Positions 1-14,019 are shown, counted from the stretch's first letter. The stretch is DNA of 64,000 nucleotides from Octopus bimaculoides (GCF_001194135.2 NC_068985.1:54856228-54920227), one strand, 5' to 3'. Translations and numbers: made by a program. The notes: generated by a model not told the origin, from the sequence alone.

Positions 1-50
1 TGTGTGTGTGCATGTATATTTGTGTGAGTGTGTGTGGAGAATACTGTATG

Positions 51-91
<41 letters not shown>

Positions 92-309
92 ATTCTTTTA
101 CTTGTTTTGGGCATTGGGTTACGACTATGTTGGGGCACTGTTTTGAGGGTTTTAGATGAACAAATGGACCTTAGGACTTATTTTTCAAATTCGGTACTTA
201 TTTTATCATTCTCTTTCGCCAAATCAGTAAGTTATGAGAACATAAGCAAGCTTACATTGGTTGTTAAGCAGTGGATGACAAACATAGATACATTGAGACA
301 CACACACAC

Positions 310-443
310 ATGCATATATATATATATGTATATGTATATGTATATATATATGTATATATATATGTATATATATGTATATGTATATGTATATATATATGTA
401 TATGTATATATATATGTATATGTATATATATATGTATATGTAT

Positions 444-475
<32 letters not shown>

Positions 476-492
476 GTATATGTATATATATG

Positions 493-531
<39 letters not shown>

Positions 532-901
532 ATATGTNNNNNNNNNNNNNNNNNNNNNNNNNNNNNNNNNNNNNNNNNNNNNNNNNNNNNNNNNNNNNNN
601 NNNNNNNNNNNNNNNNNNNNNNNNNNNNNNNNNNNNNNNNNNNNNNNNNNNNNNNNNNNNNNNNNNNNNNNNNNNNNNNNNNNNNNNNNNNNNNNNNNNN
701 NNNNNNNNNNNNNNNNNNNNNNNNNNNNNNNNNNNNNNNNNNNNNNNNNNNNNNNNNNNNNNNNNNNNNNNNNNNNNNNNNNNNNNNNNNNNNNNNNNNN
801 NNNNNNNNNNNNNNNNNNNNNNNNNNNNNNNNNNNNNNNNNNNNNNNNNNNNNNNNNNNNNNNNNNNNNNNNNNNNNNNNNNNNNNNNNNNNNNNNNNNN
901 N

Positions 902-930
<29 letters not shown>
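310..930. repeat. Compound (TA)n/(TATG)n microsatellite around assembly gap 538-900
   Basis: Direct. Other N-gaps: 2021-2130, 11626-11635, 44110-44119, 46045-46146, 47455-47464, 49622-50015, 60759-61198, 62764-62867, nearly all at microsatellites. Confidence 0.95.
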
Positions 931-934
<4 letters not shown>

Positions 935-2130
935 AAAATCACCTGACTGGCTCCCGTGCCGGTTGCATGTAAAAAGCAGCATTCAAGCATGGTCGATGCC
1001 AGTACTACCTGACTGGTCCTCATGCCAGTGGCATGTAAAAAGCACCCACTACACTCTTGGAGTGGTTGGCATTAGGAAGAGCTTCCAGCTGTGGAAACTT
1101 TTCCAGATCAGATTGGAGCCTGGTGCTTATTGTATATATATATATATATATATAATGTGTGTCTGTTTATCTCACAGTGCTCAACAATCAGTGTTGGTTT
1201 GTTTATGTCCCTGTAACTTAGCAGTTTGACAAAAGAGGCTGATAGAAAGAAAACACTTTAAAGCATAGGCACAGAGGTCAATTTGTTTGACTGGAACACT
1301 TAAGGTGGTGCCCCACCATACTTGCAGTCCAATGACTAAAGTACACACACACACACACACACATATATATAAACATTATTCTCTGCACACACTCACAAAT
1401 ACATGCCTTGTACATATAAAGTACAATATTTGAAATTGTAAGTATATTGCCATGGTTCATCAGTCAGCTGTAAAAAGATACCTTTACTCAACTATTTATT
1501 ATTTTTAATGTAATTTTTAAGAAATAAACAGTAAAAGAATTTTCATTTCTTTCTGCGTTATTTTTGTTATAAACCACTTCTTAAATCTTTAAGCATTCAA
1601 ATTACTCTGTCAAATATAATTCATATTCATTTCACATTGTTTTGAATTAATCATGCCTTACCTCATTCTTTTGAAAGTTCATAGATGACATTATTTTTAG
1701 AATGGCATTGTAGTGTAGGTATGAGAGGTCAGATCTGGCTAGTTTGAACGTAAAACTGGTAGAATATTCTAGCTGGATGTGGCCAGTTTAAATGCAGGGT
1801 TAATGTTTCTATTCAGCATATCATTATTTTGTGTTGTGTAATGTTGTGTTTGATACATCTCTTGCTGGAATTAAAACAATTGCAGCGTGGAAGGTGTTTA
1901 TTAGCCATTTAAGAAACACACAAAAACTGTTAGATTTACTTCAACATTTAAATTTAATTTAGCAAAATATTTTTGTTGCTTTGAGACTGCTCACTGACAA
2001 AATTCTATGCTGCATGCATANNNNNNNNNNNNNNNNNNNNNNNNNNNNNNNNNNNNNNNNNNNNNNNNNNNNNNNNNNNNNNNNNNNNNNNNNNNNNNNN
2101 NNNNNNNNNNNNNNNNNNNNNNNNNNNNNN

Positions 2131-2188
<58 letters not shown>

Positions 2189-2189
<1 letters not shown>

Positions 2190-2540
2190 CAGGCATGGCT
2201 GTGTGGTAAGAAGCTTGCTTCCCAACCACATGATTCCAGGTTCAGTCCCATTTGTGGCACCTTAGGCAAGTGTCTTCTACTATAGCCTTGGGCCGACCAA
2301 AACCTTGTGAGTGGATTTGGTGGATGGAAACTAAAAGCCCGTCATATATATATATATGTGTGTGTGTTTGTGTTGTCCCCTACCATCACTTGGTGTGTTT
2401 ACGTCCCCATAAGTTAGCGTTTTGGCAGAAAAGAATAATAGAATAAGTACTGGGCTTACAAAGAATAAGTCATTTGTTTGACTAAAGGTGGTGCCCCAGC
2501 ATGGCCACAATCAAATGACTGAAACAAGTAAAAGAATAAT
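2189..2540 (+). mobile_element. Abundant tRNA-head SINE (family A; CORE-like, possibly OR2-type) with internal (TA/TG)n
   Basis: GGCTGTGTGGTAAGAAGCTTGC...GGTTCAGTCCCA head, CCTTGGGCAAGTGTCTTCTACTATAGCC block, tail ...ATGACTGAAACAAGTAAAAGA. About 20 whole or partial copies in the window. Family name is inference. Confidence 0.75.
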
Positions 2541-2685
2541 ATATATATATCTTGTGTGAGCTATATCTTCTCTTGTGCGTGTCATACTTTGTGCATGGCA
2601 TGTATTCTGTTGTGTATGATATGCAGTGAAGAGATGCAACCTAGTGGTTTGGGCATTTGGCTCACAATCAATGGGTCATAGGGTT

Positions 2686-3070
2686 CATCATCATCATCAT
2701 CATCGTTTAACGTCCGCTTTCCATGCTAGCATGGGTTGGACGATTTGACTGAGGACTGGTGAAACCGGATGGCAACACCAGGCTCCAGTCTGATTTGGCA
2801 GAGTTTCTACAGCTGGATGCCCTTCCTAACGCCAACCACTCAGAGAGTGTAGTGGGTGCTTTTACGTGTCACCCGCACGAAAACGGCCACGCTCGAAATG
2901 GTGTCTTTTATGTGCCACCCGCACAAGCCAGTCCAGGGGCACTGGCAACGATCTCGCTCGAAAATCCTACAGGAGCCAGTCAGGCGGTACTGGCAACGGC
3001 CACGCTCAAAATGGTGCATCTCATGTGCCACCCGCACAAGAACCAGTCCAGGGGCACTGGCAACGATCTT
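2686..3070 (-). mobile_element. RTE-tail element (SINE-like) with internally repeated GC-rich segment
   Basis: (CAT)n tail at 2686-2705; body is the reverse complement of the 60330-60580 sequence; the CACCCGCACAAG...GGCACTGGCAACG segment is repeated. Confidence 0.7.
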
Positions 3071-3364
3071 ACTTGGTTAACCCTGCAATAGAATGGTATC
3101 CTATTCAGAGGTGGGTGGGTGGCGTACTGTACTTCCTCATTTATATGCCACAATAACCAAGACAAGCTCTGGCCTAAGGAGACTCTAGTCTCCTTATAAA
3201 CATTTTTTCCTTCTTTTTTTTTGTTTGTAGTTTTTGACAGTAACCTGTAACTTACTGATGTTTTCAGCTTTTGACTAACATAGAAAATGAATTATTCATA
3301 ACTAGTTGATGACTTCACATTGTGTCTAGTTACAGCAGTGAACTCTCAATATAATACAAAGAGG

Positions 3365-3590
3365 AAGGTGGCAAGCTAGCAGATTCATCAACATGCTGGG
3401 CAAAATTCTTAGCAAGTATTTTGTCTTGTCTTTACATTCTGAGTTCAAATTCTGCTGAGGTTGACTTGCCTTTCATTCTTTTGAGGTCGATAAAATAAGC
3501 ACCATTTGATCACTGTAGTCGATGTAATCAACTTAGTTCCTCCCCAGAAAGAGCTGGCCTTGTGCCAAAATTTCAAACCAATATAATACA
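3365..3590 (+). mobile_element. Family C SINE (single copies also at about 6560-6780 -, 42770-42930 +, 56860-57080 +)
   Basis: TTCTGAGTTCAAATTCTGCTGAGG B-box-like head, central block and GGCCTTGTGCC tail. Confidence 0.7.
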
Positions 3591-4279
3591 AAAGAACAGC
3601 AGAACTGAAAAAAACGATAGCTTATTGTTCAGAATAGCTTGTTCTATTCCTTTACATTCAGAGTTTAACTTACACTTAACTTTCATCCTATTGGAGTTGA
3701 TAAAATAAAGTACCTGTCAAATACTGGGGTCCATACTTCCCCTTCAACCTCGAGGAATTGTGTCTACCTCTCACACAATCTAACATGTACATTTTATTCA
3801 CTGCTATGTTTCTCTCTACATTCATCAACACTATTTTCATCTTTATGAAGGTTTACCTTGTTTGTTAGTTGAGTCTGTAGTGTATGTGTCACCAGTTCAT
3901 CATATTCTGGTAATGTGCCCAACGTTGGGAATCACTGCTCTAATATGAAAATTGATTTTACTGAGGAAAAACACAACAGTAGTTTCCCTTTACTTTTTGC
4001 TGATTTATTTACAGTTTATTTTGTGAATCTCCTGTTCTTCCAAGCACAAAGCCAATTTCATTGTAAAGTAGGAAGATTGGTTCATGTGACATCCACCTAG
4101 TGGTGAGATGAGCCTGTATGGTACTTTTCTTGGAGTCAGCCTTCGAAATTCTGTATGCTTTAGCCACAAAACCATTTTCTAATAATTAATGAGAAATTGT
4201 CATTTTCAGAAATCTCAATGTAGTTTCCCAAACATTAAACCATAACAGTTGTTGCTGAAGTGATGTCATATTAATTAAA

Positions 4280-5480
4280 TAATAATAATAATAATAATCC
4301 TTTCTACTATAGACAAGGCCTGAAATTTCAGGTGAGATGTATAGTTGATTACATCAACCTCAGTATTCAACTGGTCCTTCTTATTTTATCAACCTCAAAA
4401 GGATGAAAAGCAAGGTTGACCTTGGTGGAATTTGCCATAATAATAATAATAATAATCCTTCTCTACTATAGGCTCAAGGCCTGAAATTTTGAAGGAGGTA
4501 TATAATCCATTATATCAATCCCAGTATTCAACTGCTACTTATTTTTATCAATCCCAAAAGCATGAAAAGTAAAGTTGATCTTAGTGGAATTTGAACTCAG
4601 AACATGAAATGCTGGAAGAAATACCTCTAAGTATTTTGTCTGGTGAGGTAACGATTCTGCCAGTTCACTGCATAAATGCTAAATGTTTCAAATTTTGGCA
4701 CAAGGCCAGCAATTATGAAGGAAGAAGCAAGTCAATTCCATAGACATTAGTTGTTGACTCTTATTTTATTGACTCTGAAAAGATGAAAGGCAAAGTTGGC
4801 CTTGGCAGAATTTGAACTCAGAACATGAAGCCAGAAGAAATGCTGGTAAACATTTTATTCAACACGCTAATGATTCTGCCATCTTGTAATCTTAATAATA
4901 ATCCTTTCTACTATTGGCACAAGGCCTGAAATTTGGGGGAGGTGGATACTCGATTACATCAACCTCAGTACTCAACTGGTACTTATTTTATTGATCCTGA
5001 AAGGATGAAAGACAAAGTTGACCTTGGCAGAATTTGAACTCAGAATGTAGCGATCGGTGAAATACTGCTAAGCATTTCGTCCAGCGTGCCAACGATTCTG
5101 CCAGCTCACTGCCTCAATGATAATAATAATAATAATGGTATCAAAAAGGTCAGCAATTTTGTGGAAGGGGATAAGTCGATTACATTGACCTCAGTAGTCA
5201 ACTGGTATTTACATTATCAACCCTGAAAGGATGAGAGGCAAAGCCAATCTTAGCAGCATTTTGCCCATTCTGAATTCAAATTCTGCTAAGAATTTTGCCC
5301 AGTGTGCTAATAATTCTGCCAGCTTAGTGCCTTACCCCTACTAATTATTTTTTTCTACTATAGGCACAAGATTTGAAATTGTGTAGGGAGAGAGCGACTT
5401 GATTACATTGACTCCAGTGCTCAACTGTTACTTACTTTTTGAACACAGGATGTAAAACTGGAAGAAATGTTGCTAAGCAT
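4280..5480 (-). mobile_element. Head-to-tail array of about 6 family C SINEs separated by (AAT)n
   Basis: Repeated CCTTTCTACTAT-GGCACAAGGCCTGAAATT...AAAGGATGAAAG...GGAATTTGAACTCAGAA...ATTCTGCCAG. The central GCCTTTCATCCTTT-GGGGTCGATAAAATAAGTACC block resembles the Meta-type SINE domain (inference). Confidence 0.75.
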
Positions 5481-5756
5481 ATTGTAGGATGTGACAAATG
5501 GGAGAGAGGACAATACCAGCACTTGACTGGTGGTCATTTCTGGATGAGTCGACTGGAGCAATGTGGAAATGTTTTGTTCAAAAGCAAAATGTGTTGTCCA
5601 GTGCCGGAATCAAGCACACATGAACTCAATTCCTACAGTTAATCCAAATCCATGAGATTTCAATTACGTTCTGTAATTTCTGTTATGTCCCATTTCAAGG
5701 GACATAACCCCTCATATCTTACGGTATTTACTGAATTTCATGATCCAAGTTTGCAA

Positions 5757-6075
5757 CATCGATTCTCAACTATTTTTTGTCTATGGAACCCTTTGATTAC
5801 TATTCTATTCTGGTGGACCCCACATAGCCATTCGATGTTTTAAAACTAGTTTTATAGATGCTTCTTCCAAAATTCTTATTTTGTTCTTCACACATTAATT
5901 TGTATTGGTTGAACTATATAAAACTTTGAGAAAGAAACTTAGCCGTTTCTTGCATTAAATACATGTAAAGCAAAAGTTTTTCATGGACCCTTAATGAATT
6001 ACTGTAAATCCCTAATTTAGTATTTTGCTTGTGGACCCCCAAAAGTCTTACATGGATCCCATTTGGGAACCACTG
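5757..6075. mobile_element. hAT-like MITE
   Basis: Ends CATCGATTCTCAAC ... TTTGGGAACCACTG resemble hAT CAGTGGTTC(T/C)CAA TIRs; repeated TGGACCCC subterminal motif; 8-bp flanks GTTTGCAA / ATTTACAA (6/8 match) fit a decayed TSD. Confidence 0.55.
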
Positions 6076-6974
6076 ATTTACAAACTTGGATTTTTTAAAA
6101 ACCGTTTTTGCTGACACAAAACTCCTCAGTCTCCCTAGAGTCTGAGTTTTACCGGTATTTGTGGTCAATAACGGACATTCCATCCTTTCTGCTAAAATCT
6201 TTCGGGTAGAATTTCATCTACAAATGCATGCTTCAAGCGCTTCCACTCACCTTCACCATTTTCACAATTATCCACCTTTTGTGAAAATGTAAAGTTAGAG
6301 CATTTTTGCTTTATTTTCAGAAGTGAAAATGTCTTTTGTAAACTGAGTGCAATTCAATACGTGAAGAATTTTTCATTATTTGTCACAGAAGAGTAAACAG
6401 GTAATTAGTCACTCATGATCACACACACAAAGATTTCTGGAAAAACAAAAATTCATTACTTTCCATTTTTTTTTTTTTGTTTGTAGGAATGAATCAGTTG
6501 TTTCAATGAGAGGTTATCTAGCTGCACTAAATTATTGGCGAGTTAAAATCTCCAATAATTTGGTTTCGAATTTTGGCACAAGACCAGGACTTATGGGAGA
6601 GGAGGTTAGTTGATTACATCGACCCCGGTGCTCAACCAGTACTTATTTTATTGACCACAAAAAGATCAACGGAAAAGTTGACCACAGTAGAATTTGAATT
6701 CAGAACATAGATCTGCACAAAATGCTGTTAAGCGTTTTTACTTGGTGTGCAAACAATTTCGCCAGTTCACCACCTTTATTGGTGATTTTATATCAATGAT
6801 TGATATTATCGATATGAAGAGAGAAATTAACCAAAGCAAAAATTTAGATGTAGTGGCAAAAATATAGTTTGACTCGATCCTCCTAGAATTTAGAATGAAC
6901 AACTTCATGACATTAACAGGTACAAAAAAACAAACAAACAAAAAAAAAAACAGTGTGATTTTTCTTATTTTTAA

Positions 6975-7192
6975 CCCTTTAAGTATTCAGATTATTCTGT
7001 CAAATGTGATGTTTGTTTATTTATATTGTTTTGAATAAATCATGCATTATCTTGTTTAGAGATTTCAATGATATGGTTGTTTAGATTTAGAATGGCATTG
7101 TAAGTTTGAAGTGAGAGACCAGATCTGGTTAGTTTCAGCATAAAACAGGTTAAATATTTTGGCCGGATATAGCTGGTTTGAATGCTAAAGGG
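6975..7192. mobile_element. ~218-bp TTAA-flanked MITE, piggyBac-like ends (family P1; also 1585-1799, 9121-9337, 34607-34825)
   Basis: TTAA|CCCTTT(A)AG(C/T)ATT ... AATGCTAAAGGG|TTAA terminal inverted repeats; four colinear copies of near-equal length. Confidence 0.75.
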
Positions 7193-8019
7193 TTAAATGT
7201 TTTCACTGATTTTTTTCATTAAAAAAACAAAGAATTAAATAAAAAATTTTGAAAACTTGATAGAGAATGTACAGGATTTTTTATTTTCTGAATAATGAAT
7301 TTCATCTAAGGCTGTATCAAAAGTAGAAATAAGGTTTTTTAATGCAAAGCTAGCCCTTGGCACACATCTTCATCCAATATTTCAAATATTTCACCTGGAT
7401 TCAAACAAAAAAATATTCCCATACAAAAATATTTTCATATAAATTGGTAAATTCTTCATGAAAAGAAACAGAACAACAAAGTATCTTAGCATGTGTTAAT
7501 CAAAGTATATGTATCTCTGTATGCGTATCTGTATGTGTGCGTGTATGTTCATTTGAATATTGGCTCAAGCGCTGAGATCAAAGAGATGTTCCACTGCTGT
7601 TTTATACTAAACTGTCCTCTTATTCTTTGATTAATACTCAACAATCATCTGGTTCTTAATCTTCCAAATCTCTCTCTCTCTCACCTTATGGAATCCTAGA
7701 ACAGATAATGTAATCTGCACCTCAGATAAGTTTAGAATTTTATAGACAGGTTACAGTTTCTTGATTAAATCTCAGATGTTTTGTAGAGCTAAGGTTTATA
7801 ATAAAGTAGTTCTGGTCAGTGAGGAAACCTAAAATTTGAGTAGACACTTATATATATTTATCTACCTTCCTTGTTTTATGTCCATTTTTTTTTAATGATT
7901 TGCATGGATTAGATGTGACTACCCTATCTGTATACATATGTGAAGAAACCTCCCTCTCCACTACAAACCTAATTAGTGAAGGAGAGCTTTTTTTCTTAGT
8001 GATATGAGTTACCTGGCAA

Positions 8020-8225
8020 CCCCACTAGTGTTGGTGTCATGTAAAAAGTGCCCAGTACACTCTGTAAAGTGGTTGGGGACAGAAAAGGCATTCAGCCATA
8101 AGAAACCATGCCAAAGCAGACTTTGTAGCTTGACACAGTCCTCCAGCTTGTTGGATCCTGTCAACAAAACCATTTATCCTATACCAGCATCTAAGACAGA
8201 TATCAAATGATGATAATGATGATGA
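8020..8225 (+). mobile_element. RTE-tail element copy (others at about 945-1125, 30440-30612, 51627-51908 on +; 48895-48975, 50120-50290 on -)
   Basis: Shared core AAAAGCACCC...TTAGGAAGGGCATCCAGCTGTAGAAAC...CAGCATGGAAA...(GAT)n. Confidence 0.65.
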
Positions 8226-8349
8226 CACACACATACACATGTTAGCTAAACTAAGATATGATATGAAGATGTATTGTAACAAACAATCTTGATATCAAGG
8301 ATATTGCAGAGAAATCTACCAAGTCAATATGGACAATTTAGATATTGTT

Positions 8350-8690
8350 GGAGGGAGGAAGAGAGGAGGATTATATCATAGATGTATATTTTACTGCAGT
8401 GGTGATATAATAGCTCTGTATTTTACAAGGGGTGAGGTAAAATATAACTCATGGGGTGGTGGTTATAAGTTTACATTTTACTCAGGGAATGAGCAATACA
8501 TATCCCTACATTTTACTAGGGGCAGGGAATAACATAGGTCCATATTTTATTGAAGAGAAGATTAGATAACTCTGTTTTACTGGGGATGAATATAACCCAA
8601 CATTTTACAAGATGTGGGAGAATATAGTGCAACATTTTATTTGGAGGGGGAGAGAGGCAATAAAATTCTACATTTTACTGGGGGAGGGGT
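8350..8690. repeat. Degenerate ~35-bp tandem repeat with core CATTTTACT(G)n
   Basis: CATTTTACTCAGGG, CATTTTACTAGGGG, GTTTTACTGGGG, CATTTTACTGGGGG recur. Confidence 0.6.
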
Positions 8691-9479
8691 GCTTGTTTCA
8701 TGCTTTTGCTTGATAGAGCTGGGGTCATCCAGGTTAGAGATCCCAAAGATGTCATCATATGTAGAGCCAATCTCCTGGGCATGGCCTTGTTGTGGTGAGG
8801 GGGGCTTGCATGTTCCAGAGTCACCGACCAGAAGAAGGGAGAGTGGTGTTCACAATGTAACACTATGTTTTACTTTTCTATCAAAGAGAAAATTCCAGTT
8901 TTGTGACTTAATAGGAAGGAGTGGGTGGCAGTTATATCTTTGACCAGACTATCGTCAATAGCCATCTCATATCAGAGACAGCAATAGCCATCTCAACCCA
9001 GAGTAGCAAGTGACTGCAGCCAAAGAGAAAGCTGGACATTGGTTAAGATATTGCTTATTGTTTTGTTTGTCTTGTTTTCATAGTTTTAACCTATGGAAGA
9101 CTAAGATTTGTTAAAACTAACCCTTTAGCATTCAAATTACTCTGTCAAATGTAATACTGATTTATTCAAGTTATTTTGAATTTATCATACATTATCTTGT
9201 AGCTCTGAGATTTCAATGTAAAAGTTTATTTTTAGAATAACATTGTAGGGTAGGTGTGAGACGTCTGATCTAATCAGTTTGAACATAAAACAGGCAGAAT
9301 ATTTGGGACAGATATAACTGGTTTGAATACTAAAGGGTTAAATATCTTTTGTGTGCGCGTGCATGCATCAGTACATCTATATCATCATCATACTCTGCTC
9401 ACTTTTCCATGCTGGAATGGGTTGGACAAGTTGTTACATACTGAGTCAGTTTCAGCTTGAGCTAAATTACTCCTTATGT

Positions 9480-9660
9480 GTGTGTATCTGTACTACCACC
9501 TCTAAAATCTGTTCTATATATTATATATATTACTACAGTGTATGTGTGTGTGTGCATGTACCAGCACCTCTATAACCTGTTCTATATTACTGCATTGTGT
9601 GTACAGCCAGCACCTCAGTACACAATGTGTGTACACACCAGCACCCACAGACCCACAGTC
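9480..9660. repeat. Degenerate tandem repeat (TGTGT-ACCAGCACCTC core)
   Basis: About 5 units of TGT(G/A)C(A)CCAGCACC. Confidence 0.5.
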
Positions 9661-10996
9661 TGTGATAAAGTACACAAGGCGCTTAATTATGAAAGCCTAA
9701 ATTTTGAATTAAAAAAAAAAAAAATTCATTCAGAAAGATAACTGAAAACTAAAACTTAAAAAAACGAAAAAGAGTAGAACTGCAATGTAGAGAAGATATT
9801 CGATGTTTGTAAAAGAGGACAGAAGGCAAGGAAATGAAGATATTTAGAGCTTTCAGTTGTGTTGTGTGTATATATATTCACTAAAACCTGGAGAAGAATG
9901 ACCTGAGGTCAAGCATTTCAGATGGCTGAATTTTAATCTAATGCCGTGTGACTATGTAACTATGACTAACAACTAAACTACGACAAACTATGTAGAGCAG
10001 CAGTTTTAGAGTTCATCGAATTGAACTCTCTCTCAAGAAAATATATAAAAAAAAAAACAGGATCCGTAATGGACACGCATTCTTGGATTCTAACAGAATG
10101 GATTCATATGGAAATACAGCTTTGATTTGTGATTTGAGATGGAAAAAAAGTAATCCAGACAGTTAGGGATTTATATGAAAGAGGGGTAATGATGTTGGGT
10201 TGTGAAGGACTGGATCTACTTGAGAGAATCAATTATACAGCTTTTCTTTTTTTTTATATATATATAAGAGATTCTAATAGAACCATTTTGCTGGATTGAC
10301 CACAATAATAATCAGCTGTCTTTACACTAAATATTAGAACTTTGAAAAATGTTTACAAGTTTGTTTCTTTTTTTTCCAAGAAAAATTTTTTTTTTTCAAT
10401 CAGCTAAAGAGGAGAGGATCCCCAGATCTCCATACAAATTTTGGGATCAGATCAACTAATGAGATGAATATCTAAAGCTAAGAATAGAAATTTTAATGAA
10501 AGAAGCTGCTATACAATAAGCAGTTTCATTATAGCTTCACTATTAACTTCATATATATATATCTCATACATACATACATATATATGTATATATATCATCA
10601 TCATCATCATTTAATGATAATATATATACATATAAATATATACTGATACATACATACATGATCTATGTTAGCTTATATACACACATAATCTATATAATGT
10701 TGCTGGATTATTAACAATGTCAAATAATCTGGCAATAGTTACTTATATACAACAAGGTGATGCTATATTTTGACAGTCATCTAATCTAGCTACTTAATAT
10801 ATACAGCTAAGAAGGGTGTTACTACATCATTCACAGTGTCAAAACTAATGTAGCTACCAACTATTTTTATACACACACACACACACACACACACACAGAC
10901 TCACACACACACATATATATATACACACACACACACACAGCTATGATGTGTTACTATGATATTCAAGGTGTGAAACTAATACAGATATTAGCTACT

Positions 10997-11044
<48 letters not shown>

Positions 11045-11593
11045 CATACATATATATATATATACCTGTGATGTGCTATTAATGTAGCTACTAGCTACAT
11101 ACTTATGTGTATATGTATATATATATATATACAGCTCTGAGGTGCCACTAAAATAGTCACAGTGTCAACTGCGCTGCTTAAAATTTATTCACATCAAACT
11201 AATTGCCTGTATCATAACTACAGTTTGTTATTTCAATAATAACAAACATTTATATATAGAAGGTTAAAAGCATTTCTATAAACACGACCAGGAAGTCAGT
11301 ATAAATACTATGTATATATATATAAATATATACACACATATACATACTACTAAAAGCATGTATCGAGGGTTATTGTAGAAAGTCTTCAAAATAGGTAACT
11401 CTGCAGAGAGGTGTGTTTGCATTAATACTAAATCACACACTAACTGTGTTCAACTATTATATATTCATATAAAACAGCTTCCATTTTTTAAAAACAATAT
11501 CGGTAAATCATCAGGAAATAATGGTTCAGTTGCATATTTTACAACTGAGAAAAACAAAAAGACATGTCTGAGACTAAGACAACATATGGTATC

Positions 11594-11625
<32 letters not shown>

Positions 11626-11635
11626 NNNNNNNNNN

Positions 11636-11682
<47 letters not shown>

Positions 11683-11753
11683 TACCATTTATATATACAT
11701 ACATACACATATTTTACCATTTATATATATATACATATATATATTTTACTATT

Positions 11754-11803
<50 letters not shown>

Positions 11804-11881
11804 CACACACACATACATAGTATGAGCATGTCAGGGGAATTATTTATATATACATACTAAAAGCATGTCATTACAAATACT

Positions 11882-11928
<47 letters not shown>

Positions 11929-13713
11929 AATATATATATATACATATGCTATGAGCATGTATTGAGCATGTACATGAGTGGCAACCTTTCCAGAAGAAGA
12001 GCAATTTCTATGAGAATGGAGTGGCTAGTTACCACAAGAGATGTATTAGAAACAGCAAGAAAACCATTTATAAAACTATAAGCCTTGGTAAGCTCTGTTT
12101 TGTTGGCAGCCAGTGAGATGAGAGACTCACTGTTGCTGACACTTTTAGTTTACATTTAGAAGTTAACATTGTTGGTCACAAAAAAATATTCAAGGGTTTT
12201 GTTGGTGGCTCAAAAATCACATTTTTTGTAAAATTTTGATGGTGGTCTCTCTACAAGATCAACTTCGACCCAGACTGAAAAAAACATTTTGGCAAGAGAG
12301 AATGATAAATATCAGATTCAATTTGTTTCATTTTTATGTTAGAAAAAAAACAAAACAAAACAACAAAAAAACTGTTAACCAAATGCAAAAAAGAGAGGAC
12401 ATTGTTATCAAATAAACACTTGAATAAACAACTTCCCACACTCTAAAAAAAATTAATTTTTTTCACTAATTAAAAGCAGGAATAATTCAGTTTGTTGAAA
12501 GTCATATGACATAACAGAGATCACTTATTAACATTGTCACATAAAGCATGAAGTGAAAATAAAACATGTGGATCAACAATAAGAAAGATTGATATACAGT
12601 TAATTTGTAGTAAACTCTATTCCATTTAATTTTGACCGTTAATAAAACAAAAACGTTACCCAAAATAGAGTTCACTGATCAATTATATCCTACAGAAAGT
12701 AGACCACAAGTGAAAATAGTTCCACAAAATATAGACCTGTGGTCATGAACTACCTGCTTGAGGAGGGTTGACCAAGACTACACAATCATCATATGGAATG
12801 TGGAGTGTAAACTGTCCTATAAATCATCGTTTAGAAATAAAAAATTCTCCACAAAATATAAGCACATTGTCACAACTGGTTTGACAAAATATCTGGGGGT
12901 CGTATGCAGAGCAGTAATTAAGAGTAGTTTGGACATGAACAATAAAATATATATTTCTTAAAATATTAGCATCACTAAGATGTGAGGAAGTGGTCCTTTA
13001 AAGATATTTAAAAGGTATTTTGATTGGAAATTATTTCTAAAGAATTAATTCTAATAATGTAATTCAAATGTTCTTTCTTTGCTAAAATTACTAACATTTT
13101 CTCTTTTGAGACATGAATAGGTGAGACATGTTTCAATAGATTAGGAACAGATTTGAATAAGCTACGAACAAATTGCAACAAAGAAATGGTATTTTTTTTT
13201 AAAAACAAAACAAGGGTGTATTTCAACTTAACAAAAATGCAATTCAACAGAATATAGGTATATTTTAGCAAAAGACAGTGATACTCCAACAAAACAGGGA
13301 TGCATTTCAACAGAAATATCTGGTTTAACATAATGGAATATTATCAGTTGGTCTAGTTTTATGTTTGTATCCAAAGATGGTATGCGTATGTTTGTATATA
13401 AAGTATCACAGTTGTCTAATACAATATTGGTCAACTTGGTAAGGAGGTAATGGTTTCTATTTTATCACCAGCTCTGTTGTGTGTTTCTGAAAAGAGAATG
13501 ATTCTCAATGGTCCAGTGCACTTAACTATAAAATAGTTACTATAGTGAAGTATAATTCATTTTATGGATTCTGTATTATTACAACTTTATTATTTTGTAA
13601 AGCCTAGTCTGAATCTTCCCACAAAGGTGGGCCAATGTTTTTCAATACACTACCTGAAGATGAAAATCTTTAAGTGATGTTGCATAAACATGAAAGATAA
13701 CACATACATACAC

Positions 13714-13755
<42 letters not shown>

Positions 13756-14019
13756 ATGACCCTTTATTCCTATGTCTTATCAAATTCTTAATACATACCA
13801 CCTCCTGTTTGATAAACTATGATATATATCATTATAATTATTATTATTGTTATTTTTTCACTTTAATGTAAACATGAAGTTTGAGAATCTGAAGGAAGAT
13901 TGACAACAAAAATATACAAGATCTTACATTAATATATAATGTAAAAAATATATATAAACAATTTAGTCAGTTAAACTATATTTTAGTTTGATCTACCCCA
14001 ACCCCCATAAAAACCAAAC

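Noticed and set aside
2-1023. Long ORFs such as 2..946 and 224..982, and similar ones at 45811-46267, 49450-50111 and 60689-61532
   Set aside because: They run through microsatellites and N-gaps (YI/YM repeats, X runs) and are not genes.
2759-3165. GC-rich overlapping ORFs on both strands
   Set aside because: They lie within a repeated RTE-tail element and show no protein-family motif.
11974-12150. Second hAT-like relic (CATGAGTGGCAACCTTT...GTTGCTGACACT)
   Set aside because: Ends too degenerate and no TSD, so it is not listed as a feature.
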